Source: Armatimonadota bacterium (GTDB lineage Bacteria; Armatimonadota; Armatimonadia; Armatimonadales; Armatimonadaceae). From it: DNA of 39,454 nt. The stretch lies in contig JAZKEA010000338.1 in the NCBI GenBank assembly GCA_040387315.1, positions 1-39,454 of the forward strand. Direction: 5' to 3'. Below are positions 1-7,459 of the stretch, piece after piece. Within the stretch, counting starts at the first letter, position 1; every line of letters begins with the position of its first letter. Position numbers and translations under genes: made by a program. Under the pieces are notes generated by a model, which was not told the origin of the DNA, ran no database searches, and was given only the letters and a program-made list of their open reading frames with translations.

Positions 1-366
1 GGTGCCGATCAGAAAGAGCAACGCAACAGGAACGATGACGAGCAGCGTCGCGGTGGGCTTCACGCATGAGGTTGTTCTCGCTCTGGCCACGGAGACTAAG
101 AGCTTTAGCAGCTCGAGAATCGCTGCGGTTCCAAGCCTGTGCAGCGCTGGAAAACGAAGGGGTTCTCACACCAGCGCTCAAGGCGCAGAAAAAAAACCCT
201 GGCCACTCACGATGGGAGCGACAATGACAGCCCACAGCACCAGACTGTCCGAGGCCGGCGTGGTCGTCGGAGCGGCCGTAGTGTTCGAATTGGTGGAGTT
301 TGACATGACACCCCCGTCGTCGCAACGTCAAATCGGTTTCTTGTTTACATCAGTGCCTGGCGCGCT

Positions 367-1122
367 TTGACTCGGGCTCACCCGCAGGCGGCGGAGGCGG
401 CGGAGGAGGCGGCGGATGCTGCGGAGGCGGCGGCGGCGGAGCGGAAGAGGGCGGCGGTGGGGGCGGCGGCGGTCGCGACGACGGCGGCGGAGGCGGCGGA
501 GGCGGATTGGGTCGCAAGTTGGTGGGAGGGGGCACTCCGTAGGCGGGCGGATGAGGCTGCTGCAGAGGAGCGGGGCCAGAAAAAGGACGAGCAGCGGGCG
601 GCAATAACGCTGAGTAATCTGGCAAACCTGGCGACGCACCAGCGACACTTTGAGGCCGCGATTCGCTGGCATGAGGAGTGCCTGACGCTGTTACGTCGCC
701 TGGGAGAGACACATGACCTGACTCTCGCGCTGAATAACTTTGCACATACGTTGTTTCTGGCAAATCAGGACGCGGATGTCCTCCGCGTCCTGGCGGAGGT
801 TTTTCGCGTGAGCGGCACCATGGGGAGCCGGCGTGCACTGGTTCAGGGAATGAGTATTGCCGCGGCACTGGCAGCGCGAATTAGTGACGCGGGTCGCGCC
901 GCACTCCTGCTGGGATTTCAGGATGCGCAGCGCGAGGAGGCGCAGATCCCCCTACCGGAAAGTGCCCGCGAAAGCGATCTCCAGTTACGGAGTGACCTTA
1001 TCGAAACGCTGGGGACGAGGGGGTACAGCGAGGCGCTGACGGCGGGACGAGGACTGGAGACGGAGGAGGCGATTGCTCTGGCGGCGCACTACTCGCTGCC
1101 GGAGGTACGGACGGAGGGGTGA
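367..1122 (+). CDS. TPR-like C-terminal fragment of a large STAND/AfsR-LuxR-type regulator; the true start is uncertain
   Basis: From ~nt 590 the frame reads ITLSNLANLATHQRHFEAAIRWHEECLTLLRRLGETHDL...LLLGFQDAQREEAQIPLPESARESDL...GRGLETEEAIALAAHYS. This is the typical last TPRs plus C-terminal tail of NB-ARC/TPR regulators. The N-terminal ~70 codons are Ala/Glu low complexity encoded by a GGC repeat tract. No NTPase or DNA-binding domain is present. Confidence 0.5.
   Translation: MTRAHPQAAEAAEEAADAAEAAAAERKRAAVGAAAVATTAAEAAEADWVASWWEGALRRRADEAAAEERGQKKDEQRAAITLSNLANLATHQRHFEAAIRWHEECLTLLRRLGETHDLTLALNNFAHTLFLANQDADVLRVLAEVFRVSGTMGSRRALVQGMSIAAALAARISDAGRAALLLGFQDAQREEAQIPLPESARESDLQLRSDLIETLGTRGYSEALTAGRGLETEEAIALAAHYSLPEVRTEG
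385..507. repeat. GGC/GGA trinucleotide low-complexity tract
   Basis: The direct reading is gcaggcggcggaggcggcggaggaggcggcggatgctgcggaggcggcggcggcgg...ggcggcggaggcggcggaggcgg. It is open in several frames: poly-Ala/Glu on +, poly-Arg on +, poly-Pro on -. Confidence 0.9.
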
Positions 1123-1159
1123 CAAACGGATACGAAGGGATGACAGACGAAGAGGGAAC

Positions 1160-1209
1160 TGTAAAAGAAACGGAAGACAAACTGGGGCCGGCAGGAGAAC
1201 CGGCCCCAG
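1160..1209 (-). terminator. Rho-independent terminator of the 1215..1520 gene
   Basis: A perfect 10-bp stem, CTGGGGCCGG (1182-1191) pairing with CCGGCCCCAG (1200-1209), has an 8-nt loop. It begins 6 nt after the minus-strand stop and is followed on the minus strand by the T-rich TTTGTCTTCCGTTTCTTTT. Confidence 0.65.
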
Positions 1210-1214
1210 ACTGC

Positions 1215-1520
1215 CTACGGCACGGCGAGATAACCGATCTCGTTATCCTCATCGTCCCGAACCACGGCTCCGTCGATCCCGTCTCGATACCCGATCGGAT
1301 CGGGCTGGGTTACCGAATAGACATGGTTTTCGGAGTAGGAACAGGCATCGGAACAGTCGATGACCGTGTCATCCGCGAACAGATACACGTGATACGCAGG
1401 TTCCTCGGTCGCACGCGCCTGCGGGATGCTGCGATTCAGAAACGGAGCCATCATCAGCAGGAGAACTGCTATTACGATGATGCCCGAACGCGGATGCCCA
1501 CAGAATTTATGGGTTTGCAT
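1215..1520 (-). CDS. Small secreted protein (about 101 aa), unknown function
   Basis: The internal ATG at 1520 gives MQTHKFCGHPRSGIIVIAVLLLMMAPFLNRSIPQARA/TEEP, a signal-peptide-like N-terminus. A purine-rich GGAAGGGAAAA lies upstream and a terminator hairpin lies directly downstream. The longer 152-aa track ORF has an Arg/Pro-rich extension that looks non-coding. Confidence 0.5.
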   Translation of the reverse strand: MQTHKFCGHPRSGIIVIAVLLLMMAPFLNRSIPQARATEEPAYHVYLFADDTVIDCSDACSYSENHVYSVTQPDPIGYRDGIDGAVVRDDEDNEIGYLAVP

Positions 1521-1854
1521 GGTGGTTTTCCCTTCCGCCCCGTCACGCCCGTTACGACGAACAGGGGCAATACGGGCGGCGCCTACCGGAATTCGGTACG
1601 ATGCCGCAGGTTGTCGGTCCGGAAGGGAGCTGATACGATTCAGCCGGGCCTCCCGGGGTCTGGGGCCATCCACCTTGCATCTCTTGCCGGAGGAAGGGGT
1701 GGATGGCTGTCCTGAAAATGCCAGGGAGCCGAAGCGCTGGCGGCGTGCCTCCTTTCTGAATCGCGAAGAACGGGAAGACTTGATCCGTCCGGTGGTTTGC
1801 CCGGTGGCTGTTCAACCTTCCGTAAGAACAAGCGGTTTCATTGCCCATCCTGAC

Positions 1855-1903
1855 AAAAAAAATCCGTCTATCGCACGAAAGACCATTCGTGCGATAGACG
1901 GAT
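1855..1903 (-). terminator. Strong rho-independent terminator of the 1947..3754 operon
   Basis: A perfect 18-bp stem, ATCCGTCTATCGCACGAA (1862-1879) pairing with TTCGTGCGATAGACGGAT (1886-1903), has a 6-nt loop. An A8 run at 1855-1862 on + gives a U8 tail on the minus-strand transcript. Confidence 0.85.
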
Positions 1904-1946
1904 CGGGGCATGCATTAGATGGGGGATCGTGCGGGTAGGATGGTTT

Positions 1947-2660
1947 CTAGGCGCAGGGGCGTCGTCGGAACCGGGCGCGGTAACGGCTGACATACTGTTC
2001 GATGGCGGCTAGGCGCAGGACGGGTGGTCCTGTACGAAACCAGGCATGGACACTTGCCCATTCCGGTAGGGGCAGGCTTCCCCGAATTCGGGTCCATTTC
2101 TCGTCGGGAAAATCGAGGGGCGGGGCTTCGAGCAGCGCGAGAATCTGCTGGTAGGTATAGCCGGCGGTATCGGTCAGAAGGCAGAGGACTACGAACTTTC
2201 GGATACCGATATCGTCCGTTTTGCACAGGGCCTGGATGACCAGGGAAGCATCGGTCGATGCGATGGAATCGACTCCCCGGGGTTCCGGGGCACCAGTGAT
2301 ATCCAGGGACGTCCAACCCCGTTCCCGCGCGAGACGACGCAGGGGGTGGGCCGAGGCGGCGACGCAATAGCGGATCGTCGCCGTATTCCCCTGGTAGCGA
2401 AAATAGGTCGTCAGCAATACCTCACGCACGGTCGCCTGCATGTCATCGCGGGTCGCCGCATCCGCCGTTGCCCAGGTACCGGTAATATCCTGGAAGCGGC
2501 TGTCGCGCAGACAACATACCAGCGTATAATAGGCGACGCGATCCAGCTCCTTACCGTCCAATCGTTCGGAAACCGGCGAACCAGGCGTGCGGTCAGCCAG
2601 CAGCAGCAAGACCCGTTTCAGAAGCGCTTCCCAATTTTCGGGTTGAGCGTTTGTTTTCAT
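1947..2660 (-). CDS. Hypothetical protein (237 aa), second gene of an ATGA-coupled pair
   Basis: The start MKTNAQPENWEALLKR at 2660 overlaps the upstream stop (ATGA at 2657-2660), and a strong terminator follows. No family was recognised. The segment ASLVIQALCKTDDIGIRKFVVLCLLTDTAGYTYQQILALL only weakly resembles an HTH or sigma region 4. Confidence 0.6.
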   Translation of the reverse strand: MKTNAQPENWEALLKRVLLLLADRTPGSPVSERLDGKELDRVAYYTLVCCLRDSRFQDITGTWATADAATRDDMQATVREVLLTTYFRYQGNTATIRYCVAASAHPLRRLARERGWTSLDITGAPEPRGVDSIASTDASLVIQALCKTDDIGIRKFVVLCLLTDTAGYTYQQILALLEAPPLDFPDEKWTRIRGSLPLPEWASVHAWFRTGPPVLRLAAIEQYVSRYRARFRRRPCA

Positions 2661-3754
2661 GGCTGCCTCCGCGCCGCAGTCGCAATGACACGCAATGTGA
2701 TGGGGCCACCAGCGCTTTCCATTTCCCACCAGTCGTCCAACGAGAGGAATACCTGCTCCCCGCCGTACGGATTCAGCTTGCTGTCAAAGGTGCGATGGCT
2801 GTTGCCGCTGGTAAACTCCAGTCGAAACGGTTCTGATCGTTCTGATGGCTGCCTCGCGTCGTACAGACGCCAGAAGAGTAATCCGTCCGTCTCCGCTAAG
2901 ACTTCAAACTGATACTCAGCCACGATCAACGTCAGTCCCGCGCGGAGGTGCTGCGTCAGGAGGTCCGCTTCTTTCTGCGAGTCCCGGGTTTGTTGAGGCG
3001 TCCGATCTGCGCCGCGCGACGTCTGAAGGGGAAGGAACGAGACGGCCGGGTCTTTATCGAAGACGGCTCTGAACCCGGCGACAAAGGTTGTGACTAAGCG
3101 GTCGAGAGTTGATTCCAGGGTCTTCGGGAGGAGAGGAATCTCCAGCAGCAGGCGTTTTACCGGTACCGGGGCCTTTTCGGGCTGGGGTATTGTCTGCCGA
3201 TAACCCAGGCGTTCGGAAAGGGCACGTTCGAAGGCGAGCCGAAACAGTGGGGAGTCTGTCAGCGAGCGCCGGACGACGCTGTTGGGCCGATCGCGCTCCG
3301 GAGTGGAAAAGCGCAGATCGCTGGCCTCCAGTTTCCAGGTCGGCTCGGTGATACGGCGAAGGTAATCCGGATGGACGTCTTCTGCAGCGCGTTCCGCCTC
3401 TCCGTGATCCGAACGAAGCGTTCTTTCCACGAATGGCAGGAGGTGTGAAGCGTCGATCCATTCATCGAAATACGCGATGACATCATCGCGCGGGGGGCTG
3501 TCGGTTTGGCGGCGGAAGAGCAGCACAGGACTCGGTAGTATGCCTGTCCGCACTGCCTGATCGTCCGCCCAGGGGGTGAAAGTTGCCTGTTCCTCCTCCG
3601 ACACGATCAGCAGAGGCGGAGAACCCTCCGGTGTCAGAGGAAGTCCCACATCTGGGAGACCCCCAAGTTCCACGAGAGACACGTCGGGGGCGCTGCGTCT
3701 CAAAAGGGCTACTTCCTCGGGTGAGAGTTTCCAGGCGAAGACGTGTGTTTCCAT
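2657..3754 (-). CDS. Hypothetical protein (365 aa), first gene of the pair
   Basis: A long ORF with non-repetitive, balanced composition. The start is taken at METHVFAWKLSPEE (3754); an alternative ATG lies at 3775. Its stop overlaps the next start. No family was recognised. Confidence 0.6.
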   Translation of the reverse strand: METHVFAWKLSPEEVALLRRSAPDVSLVELGGLPDVGLPLTPEGSPPLLIVSEEEQATFTPWADDQAVRTGILPSPVLLFRRQTDSPPRDDVIAYFDEWIDASHLLPFVERTLRSDHGEAERAAEDVHPDYLRRITEPTWKLEASDLRFSTPERDRPNSVVRRSLTDSPLFRLAFERALSERLGYRQTIPQPEKAPVPVKRLLLEIPLLPKTLESTLDRLVTTFVAGFRAVFDKDPAVSFLPLQTSRGADRTPQQTRDSQKEADLLTQHLRAGLTLIVAEYQFEVLAETDGLLFWRLYDARQPSERSEPFRLEFTSGNSHRTFDSKLNPYGGEQVFLSLDDWWEMESAGGPITLRVIATAARRQP

Positions 3755-4334
3755 AATTAACCATGCCTTTCTCAATTTTTTGTGTAATCCTCTTCTGAAA
3801 TCGGCCCGTCCTGCGTGGCCTTACCCGTCCCAGCCATCCTTGCCGGTCTTATGCGTGATTTGTGTTTTCTATCGCCGGACAGCGGCGACGGACGGTAATG
3901 GTGGCGGGCAACCGGAGCAACCGGATGTTCTCGTTCATACGTCGTTCCTCAGGCAGCGAATCAACCTTTTTTAAGTATGCCTTGCGACGCGTGATTGGAA
4001 CGTGACTCGGGTTCGATTCTTTGAGTACGAAACCTGGGCGCCATTGTGTCGATTTCGCTGCCACGGCCGATACACAAGTGGCAGCTTTCACGCGTCCATA
4101 ATTGGGTGAACGCGTCTTTGGAGGTATTTTCGTTCCGTCTGTTAATTTCCGCGTTCGAAGGCACGGGACTGCGGACGCGGTTCAGACTGCTGGTGATGGC
4201 ACTTGCCTTCGACCCGCTGTGCCGGGCACGGGAACAGCGCACGGGCAATTTTTTGTTTCACATTGGCTGCCTGATGCGGCAATGCACCGGCAAACCCGGC
4301 GGAAGCGGTGAAGCCAGCGGCAAAATCACGCCAT

Positions 4335-4373
4335 CAAGAAAATCCTGCACCCGTTCTTTAATGAGTGCAGGAT
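4335..4373 (-). terminator. Possible terminator after the 4379..4801 gene
   Basis: A 9-bp stem, ATCCTGCAC (4342-4350) pairing with GTGCAGGAT (4365-4373), starts 6 nt past the stop and is followed on the minus strand by TTTTCTT. The 14-nt loop is larger than usual. Confidence 0.4.
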
Positions 4374-4378
4374 AAAGA

Positions 4379-4801
4379 TTATCGAGGAGAATCTCCAGGT
4401 CGGGGATCTCCTCCTGGCGTTGACAGCGGTTGTCCGAGAATCTCCTCGGCCTGCGCCTTCGTCAGGGACGTCCACTTCGGGTCAATGGCTCCTTGGCATC
4501 GTGTCCAGGTTAGCATCACCAGGTCGAACGTTTCCTTGAATAGTGGCCTGCCGCCGACAAACGCCCGGTCCTCGTAGTGCTCGATGATCGTGATGCCGTT
4601 ATCCGGCCGCTCCAGAAGCCGGTACATTTCAGTGGCGATGACCTCGATCCTGTTGGTGACCGAGGTGCCGGGATTACTCTCGCACTCCGTCGCGATGACC
4701 ACGGGCGGCTTGCCTTCTCCCTCGTACACGCGGATGCGGCACAGCGAGGCGCAGCCGTGGTAGCCGTGGTAGCGGAGGATGCCCTCCATCGTCTTCTGCA
4801 A
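4379..4801 (-). CDS. Hypothetical small protein (140 aa), co-oriented 15 nt downstream of the ParB-like fusion gene
   Basis: A clean ORF (…VVIATECESNPGTSVTNRIEVIATEMYRLLERP…IIEHYEDRAF…) with globular-looking composition. It sits tightly against the upstream gene. No family was assigned. Confidence 0.55.
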   Translation of the reverse strand: MQKTMEGILRYHGYHGCASLCRIRVYEGEGKPPVVIATECESNPGTSVTNRIEVIATEMYRLLERPDNGITIIEHYEDRAFVGGRPLFKETFDLVMLTWTRCQGAIDPKWTSLTKAQAEEILGQPLSTPGGDPRPGDSPR

Positions 4802-4816
4802 TTTTCACGTCCCCTC

Positions 4817-5632
4817 TCAGTACTCTTCCGGCAGCAGAATAGTCGTTGCCGAGCGGTCCGCTTCCGTGATGATCCAGATCTCCTCGCCGGTTCGGAGCCG
4901 GTACGAGGACAGTATCCTCGTGCCCTCCTTCAGGGCCCGCTCGTTTCCCGTCCGGTCGTCGGGGCACAGGTCGCCCCAGTCGCCCGTGAGATGGCGCGAC
5001 AGGAACCGGGCCGCGCTGTTGGCGGGATTCAGGACGAGGGCCGCGCCCGCGCCGGGCGTGACGCACAGCCGCCCCGGCGCGAACCGCCAGGGTGCCGACG
5101 CCACCGTTTTTCCTTCGCCGTCTCCCACTGTCTCCTCGGGTATCTCGCCCGGGGGAAGCCGGATCTGCTCCGCCTCCTCCCGCGTGAGTGCCCAGGCGGG
5201 CAGCGTTTCCCCCCCTTCCGTCACCGCGCGAAAGAGTCGGTGCCACCCATCTATAAGTATGGCCGTCGCCTCCTCGGGTTTCGGATGGAGAACGAACAGC
5301 AGCGGGCGGGACAGGTCGGTCGTGTGGGCGTACGCCTCGTCGATGTCGGGATACCGCGCGCGGATGTGCTCGGCGGTGATGCCGAAGTCCCGCGGGCAGA
5401 AATCGAGCACCTCGCCGCGCATCCGGGCGATCCGGATGCCCTCGGTCACGTCGTAACGGTATACCGCGCCGTCCACGTCCTGCATTTCGTAGACCTGTCC
5501 TAAAACAAACCTCGCTCCAGGTGCGACGCGGTTTTCGCCTCCCGCCTTTTCAGCGTTATTAGCACTGCAGACACTGCTATCCGATTTTGTACTCTCCGCA
5601 CTGTCGGTCACCAGGTTTTTCTTGCCGCTCAT
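4817..5632 (-). CDS. Fusion of a ParB/Srx-like N-terminal domain with a small conserved plasmid-related C-terminal domain
   Basis: The N-terminal half carries ILIDGWHRLFRAV, a ParB-type DGxHR motif. The C-terminal ~75 aa read RFLSRHLTGDWGDLCPDDRTGNERALKEGTRILSSYRLRTGEEIWIITEADRSATTILLPEEY. From memory this matches the widespread ~100-aa plasmid/ICE protein family often annotated as plasmid related protein. Confidence 0.7.
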   Translation of the reverse strand: MSGKKNLVTDSAESTKSDSSVCSANNAEKAGGENRVAPGARFVLGQVYEMQDVDGAVYRYDVTEGIRIARMRGEVLDFCPRDFGITAEHIRARYPDIDEAYAHTTDLSRPLLFVLHPKPEEATAILIDGWHRLFRAVTEGGETLPAWALTREEAEQIRLPPGEIPEETVGDGEGKTVASAPWRFAPGRLCVTPGAGAALVLNPANSAARFLSRHLTGDWGDLCPDDRTGNERALKEGTRILSSYRLRTGEEIWIITEADRSATTILLPEEY

Positions 5633-5808
5633 GGGATGCGGCCTCCTTTCGGTCGTGGGAAATATCCCTATATCAACGAGCGCGAGGCGGGGCGGGAGAC
5701 GCCGCGATCACGTGGGAGCGCCTGTCCCGTGCCGCCGCCTCGCGAGAGTAACAGTAACCCTGCAAGCCCGGAAACCCAACCAGCGTTGCGCAGCCGATGG
5801 GGAACAAG

Positions 5809-5836
5809 AAAAAGGCGAGGCCTGTAGGGCCTCGCC
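5809..5836 (-). terminator. Rho-independent terminator of the DUF932 gene
   Basis: A 9-bp stem, GGCGAGGCC (5814-5822) pairing with GGCCTCGCC (5828-5836), has a 5-nt loop. An A5 run at 5809-5813 on + gives the U tail on the minus transcript. It lies 15 nt after the stop at 5851. Confidence 0.8.
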
Positions 5837-5850
5837 TCGAAATGAGCGAA

Positions 5851-7098
5851 TTACTTTACGGGCGACAGTGGTGACAGTGGTGACAGTGGTGACACGGGTG
5901 ACAGTGGTGACACGGGTGACACGGGTGACAGGATGCGCTGCCGCAGGGCAGAGTATCCTCCCCTCGAAGCGACCGTGTCGATCAGGGCACCCGCCCGGGT
6001 TTCGAGTTCGACGCGGTCCTCGATTCTCGCAAGCCGCTGGCTTGCCTGGGTCAGCGCGTTCACCAGGCCGTACAGCGTCTCCTGCTGGCCGGTCTCGCCG
6101 TGCAGGGAGAACTTCACCATGTCCGCCGTTTGCCGGGGAAGTTCCCACGCTTCCGCCACCAGATCTATGGCGTGGTCAGGGTCGGGAACCGGCGTTCGCG
6201 TCGCGAGCGCCATCTGCTCGATGAAACCCGCCGCGACGGTAACCGCTTCCCGGAGCGCCTCCCCGAGCATCTCCCGGAACCGGGGCTCAGAGATGTGGAT
6301 GTGGCGCTGTTTGAGCAGGCTCCGGTTGTTCACGCGTCGGATCAGGCCGTTCGTGCAGACGACCCGGAACACGAGGGCGTCCACCGTCACCGCCCGCAGG
6401 CCCACCTCGCTGTTGGCGACGTGGATGCCGACGAGCAGGCGGTCGCCGGGAAGCACGTCGCGGGCGATGGTCGGATCGACGAGCCGCAGGTGGAAGCTTT
6501 CGCCGTTCAGGTGCGCCAGCCCCACTTGATAGCGGCTTTCTTGGACGAGCGGCAACAGAGCGTCCATCAGCTGCCGGTTGTCGAGTCTGGCGTAGCGCGG
6601 GGACAGGATGCCCCGAACCGCCTGCCCTTTCGCCCGGAGGAGCCAGTTGCTGTCTCGCTCGGATTCCCGGTCGCCCTTGGTCAGGCCACTGACCATCTCG
6701 TTGTACCGGGTCCAGTGGTTGAACTGGTTGTCCTGCAGGTCCGGCGGGCACTTGCGGAAGTAAGCAGATGGGATGCCAAGCTTCTGGCACGCCTGGGCCA
6801 TCGCCCACGGCGACAGAGCAAGGCCACCATCGTAACCCTCATTTGCAGCCTGCGCGAAGTGGAGCCTGCCACTACGCAAGGTGATATCACGGGCACGGAC
6901 GACCGTGTCCCACTTGCCCCTATCGTCCCCGGTGACCTGATCACGAACGTCGATGAGCGTGCGCCTCCCGGTCGGAATGGAAAAAGCGTCATGTCCGGCA
7001 GGGGACGGAACGGACGGAAGGGCCAGCGATTGCTGCAAAGACGCTGAAGGTGCAGCGGCCGCGGTGGGCCCAGAAGGCGCGGTGACAACAGAAGCCAT
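5851..7098 (-). CDS. DUF932-family protein (phage/plasmid-like) with a C-terminal (SPx)8 repeat tail
   Basis: The core contains ILSPRYARLDNRQLMDALLP…LVGIHVANSEVGLRAVTVDALVFRVVCTNGLI…, the DUF932/DUF945 pattern. The protein ends in LSPVSPVSPLSPVSPLSPLSPLSPVK. Confidence 0.8.
   Translation of the reverse strand: MASVVTAPSGPTAAAAPSASLQQSLALPSVPSPAGHDAFSIPTGRRTLIDVRDQVTGDDRGKWDTVVRARDITLRSGRLHFAQAANEGYDGGLALSPWAMAQACQKLGIPSAYFRKCPPDLQDNQFNHWTRYNEMVSGLTKGDRESERDSNWLLRAKGQAVRGILSPRYARLDNRQLMDALLPLVQESRYQVGLAHLNGESFHLRLVDPTIARDVLPGDRLLVGIHVANSEVGLRAVTVDALVFRVVCTNGLIRRVNNRSLLKQRHIHISEPRFREMLGEALREAVTVAAGFIEQMALATRTPVPDPDHAIDLVAEAWELPRQTADMVKFSLHGETGQQETLYGLVNALTQASQRLARIEDRVELETRAGALIDTVASRGGYSALRQRILSPVSPVSPLSPVSPLSPLSPLSPVK
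5861..5932. repeat. Eight tandem copies of a 9-nt unit (GGTGACAGT / GGTGACACG)
   Basis: The direct reading is ggcgacagt ggtgacagt ggtgacagt ggtgacacg ggtgacagt ggtgacacg ggtgacacg ggtgacagg. It is in frame and encodes the SPV/SPL tail of the DUF932 protein. Confidence 0.95.
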
Positions 7099-7459
7099 GA
7101 GAATAATATCCTTTCAGCGAACAAGGGAAGTTGATGTCAAAGAGCGCGGAGACGTCTCAGAGGGAGGCGTCACTCTTCGCGGGACAAAGCGTAACGGGGT
7201 GGGAACTGGGTGGCAACGAGCGTTGCGCGAGCCACTTCCTGTCCTGACCGGTTCGTGACATCAGACGGCAGCAAGTTTGGCGGTGCGGAAACAACCGGAA
7301 CGGGCTGCTGGAGCGGACGCGCAACCCTGGTTGCAGGAGAGCGATCTTATACCCAAACTAAGGAAGTGCCGCAAGCAAACAAAGACCGAACATGAACGAA
7401 TAATTAAACAGGAAATCAGGAAAGCAATCGCAGAAACATCCGAGCCATAAGTCGCGCCA

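Noticed and set aside
1-63. Possible minus-strand gene start running off the left edge (GTG at 63: MKPTATLLVIVPVALLFLIGT…, signal-peptide-like)
   Set aside because: Only 21 codons are visible, no clear SD is present, and the rest cannot be seen. This is too little to call.
350-868. 172-aa minus-strand ORF ending in a long poly-proline run
   Set aside because: Its upstream two-thirds (590-868) is antisense to a convincing TPR-like frame and has shadow-ORF composition (Arg/Pro/Gly/Ser). Only the repeat-encoded Pro tract is striking, and that follows from the GGC repeat. It is kept as an ambiguity in the findings and not called as a gene.
1119-1715. 198-aa plus-strand ORF
   Set aside because: It is antisense to the small secreted-protein ORF, which has a signal peptide, a purine-rich leader and its own terminator. 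The plus frame has no recognisable features and runs through that terminator.
4003-4035. tRNA T-loop-like string GGGTTCGATTC
   Set aside because: The flanks do not form a T-stem (TCGGG versus CTTTG). No acceptor, D or anticodon arms can be drawn. It is probably chance or at most a tiny relic.
5861-5932. Possibility that the short tandem arrays (here and at 9574-9603) are CRISPR-like
   Set aside because: The units are 9 nt, directly abutting without spacers, and in frame inside genes. They are coding microsatellite-type repeats, not CRISPR. No CRISPR array, rRNA or convincing tRNA was seen anywhere in the window.
5933-7047. Plus-strand ORFs of 198 and 315 aa
   Set aside because: They are antisense to the DUF932 gene. 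Their Arg/Pro/Val-rich composition is typical of shadow frames in GC-rich DNA.
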